Assembly (NCBI RefSeq): GCF_008831285.2
Contig: NC_045138.2
Coordinates: forward strand, 26,288,001-26,352,000
Reading direction: 5' to 3'
Origin: Nymphaea colorata
Lineage: Eukaryota
Length of the DNA: 64,000 bases
Part shown: piece after piece, positions 63,622-64,000 of the stretch
How the letters are laid out: the number at the start of each line of letters is the position of its first letter
Numbering within the stretch: position 1 is the stretch's first letter
The notes under the pieces: generated by a model
The model's database searches: none
Seen by the model: only the letters and a program-made list of their open reading frames with translations
What the model was told of the DNA's origin: nothing
Made by a program: the position numbers and the translations under genes

Positions 63622-64000
63622 ATGTGGTCTCTCTCCTCGCTACTAGATTCCGTCCTCCCGTGCCATGCAGCTGAACGCTGCGGCAGCCCTCGCCCTCTCC
63701 TCTCTCCCGCCACCATAGCAACCAGGCCTTACACTTATTCTTTCTCTCCGTCAATCCCTCCTGCCATTGTTGGCAGGGCGCGATGCCTCTACGTCAATGC
63801 TACGAGGAAGAAGGAAGGAGCCAGAATGCGGACCCACTACGTAGATGTCGAATTGGGTAATGATGATGATGATGGCTTTGACGATTTTGATGAAGAAGGG
63901 GAAAATGAAGATGTTGGTGGTAGTGATGATGGCGAGCTATTGCCATTTGACAAGATGAGGCGTTGGCTGGAGAAGAGGCCCCGGGGGTTCGGCGACGGGA
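63622..64000 (+). CDS. 5' part of a probable chloroplast RNA-binding (RRM) protein, RBD1/At1g70200-like; truncated by the window end
   Basis: Open frame from ATG 63622 to the window end. Ser/Pro/Arg-rich transit-peptide-like start, an acidic tract, then LLPFDKMRRWLEKRPRGFGDG, which resembles the WLE.KPRGFG motif recalled for At1g70200. The RRM itself lies outside the window. Confidence 0.65.
   Translation, partial: MWSLSSLLDSVLPCHAAERCGSPRPLLSPATIATRPYTYSFSPSIPPAIVGRARCLYVNATRKKEGARMRTHYVDVELGNDDDDGFDDFDEEGENEDVGGSDDGELLPFDKMRRWLEKRPRGFGDG

Overview
Gene-rich angiosperm nuclear euchromatin: AT-rich introns and intergenic DNA, GT-AG spliced genes, microsatellites and many MITE remnants. It is not prokaryotic, and I see no CRISPR array, rRNA or intact tRNA. 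I reconstructed 11 protein-coding genes by reading splice sites. In order they are: a GT47/exostosin ARAD1-like glycosyltransferase (+), a PLS-class E+ PPR protein (-), an intronless multi-pass membrane protein (+), a tafazzin-like acyltransferase (-), a LIP2/MPL1-like acid lipase (-), a 76-aa two-exon single-TM microprotein absent from the ORF track (-), HINT2 (-), a vacuolar sorting receptor (-), a GSO1/SGN3-like LRR receptor kinase (+), an LLP/LAPS18-like basic protein (-), and the 5' end of a probable chloroplast RRM protein (+, truncated by the window). Non-coding highlights are a complete non-autonomous hAT element with TIRs and a perfect 8-bp TSD, a tRNA-like SINE candidate with 19-bp direct repeats and a UUCG hairpin, a candidate poison exon in the tafazzin gene, a uORF/intron-bearing GSO1 leader, and tandem duplications just 3' of two genes. 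I do not see a convincing new multi-gene system. Gene names come from recalled family motifs, not from database searches.
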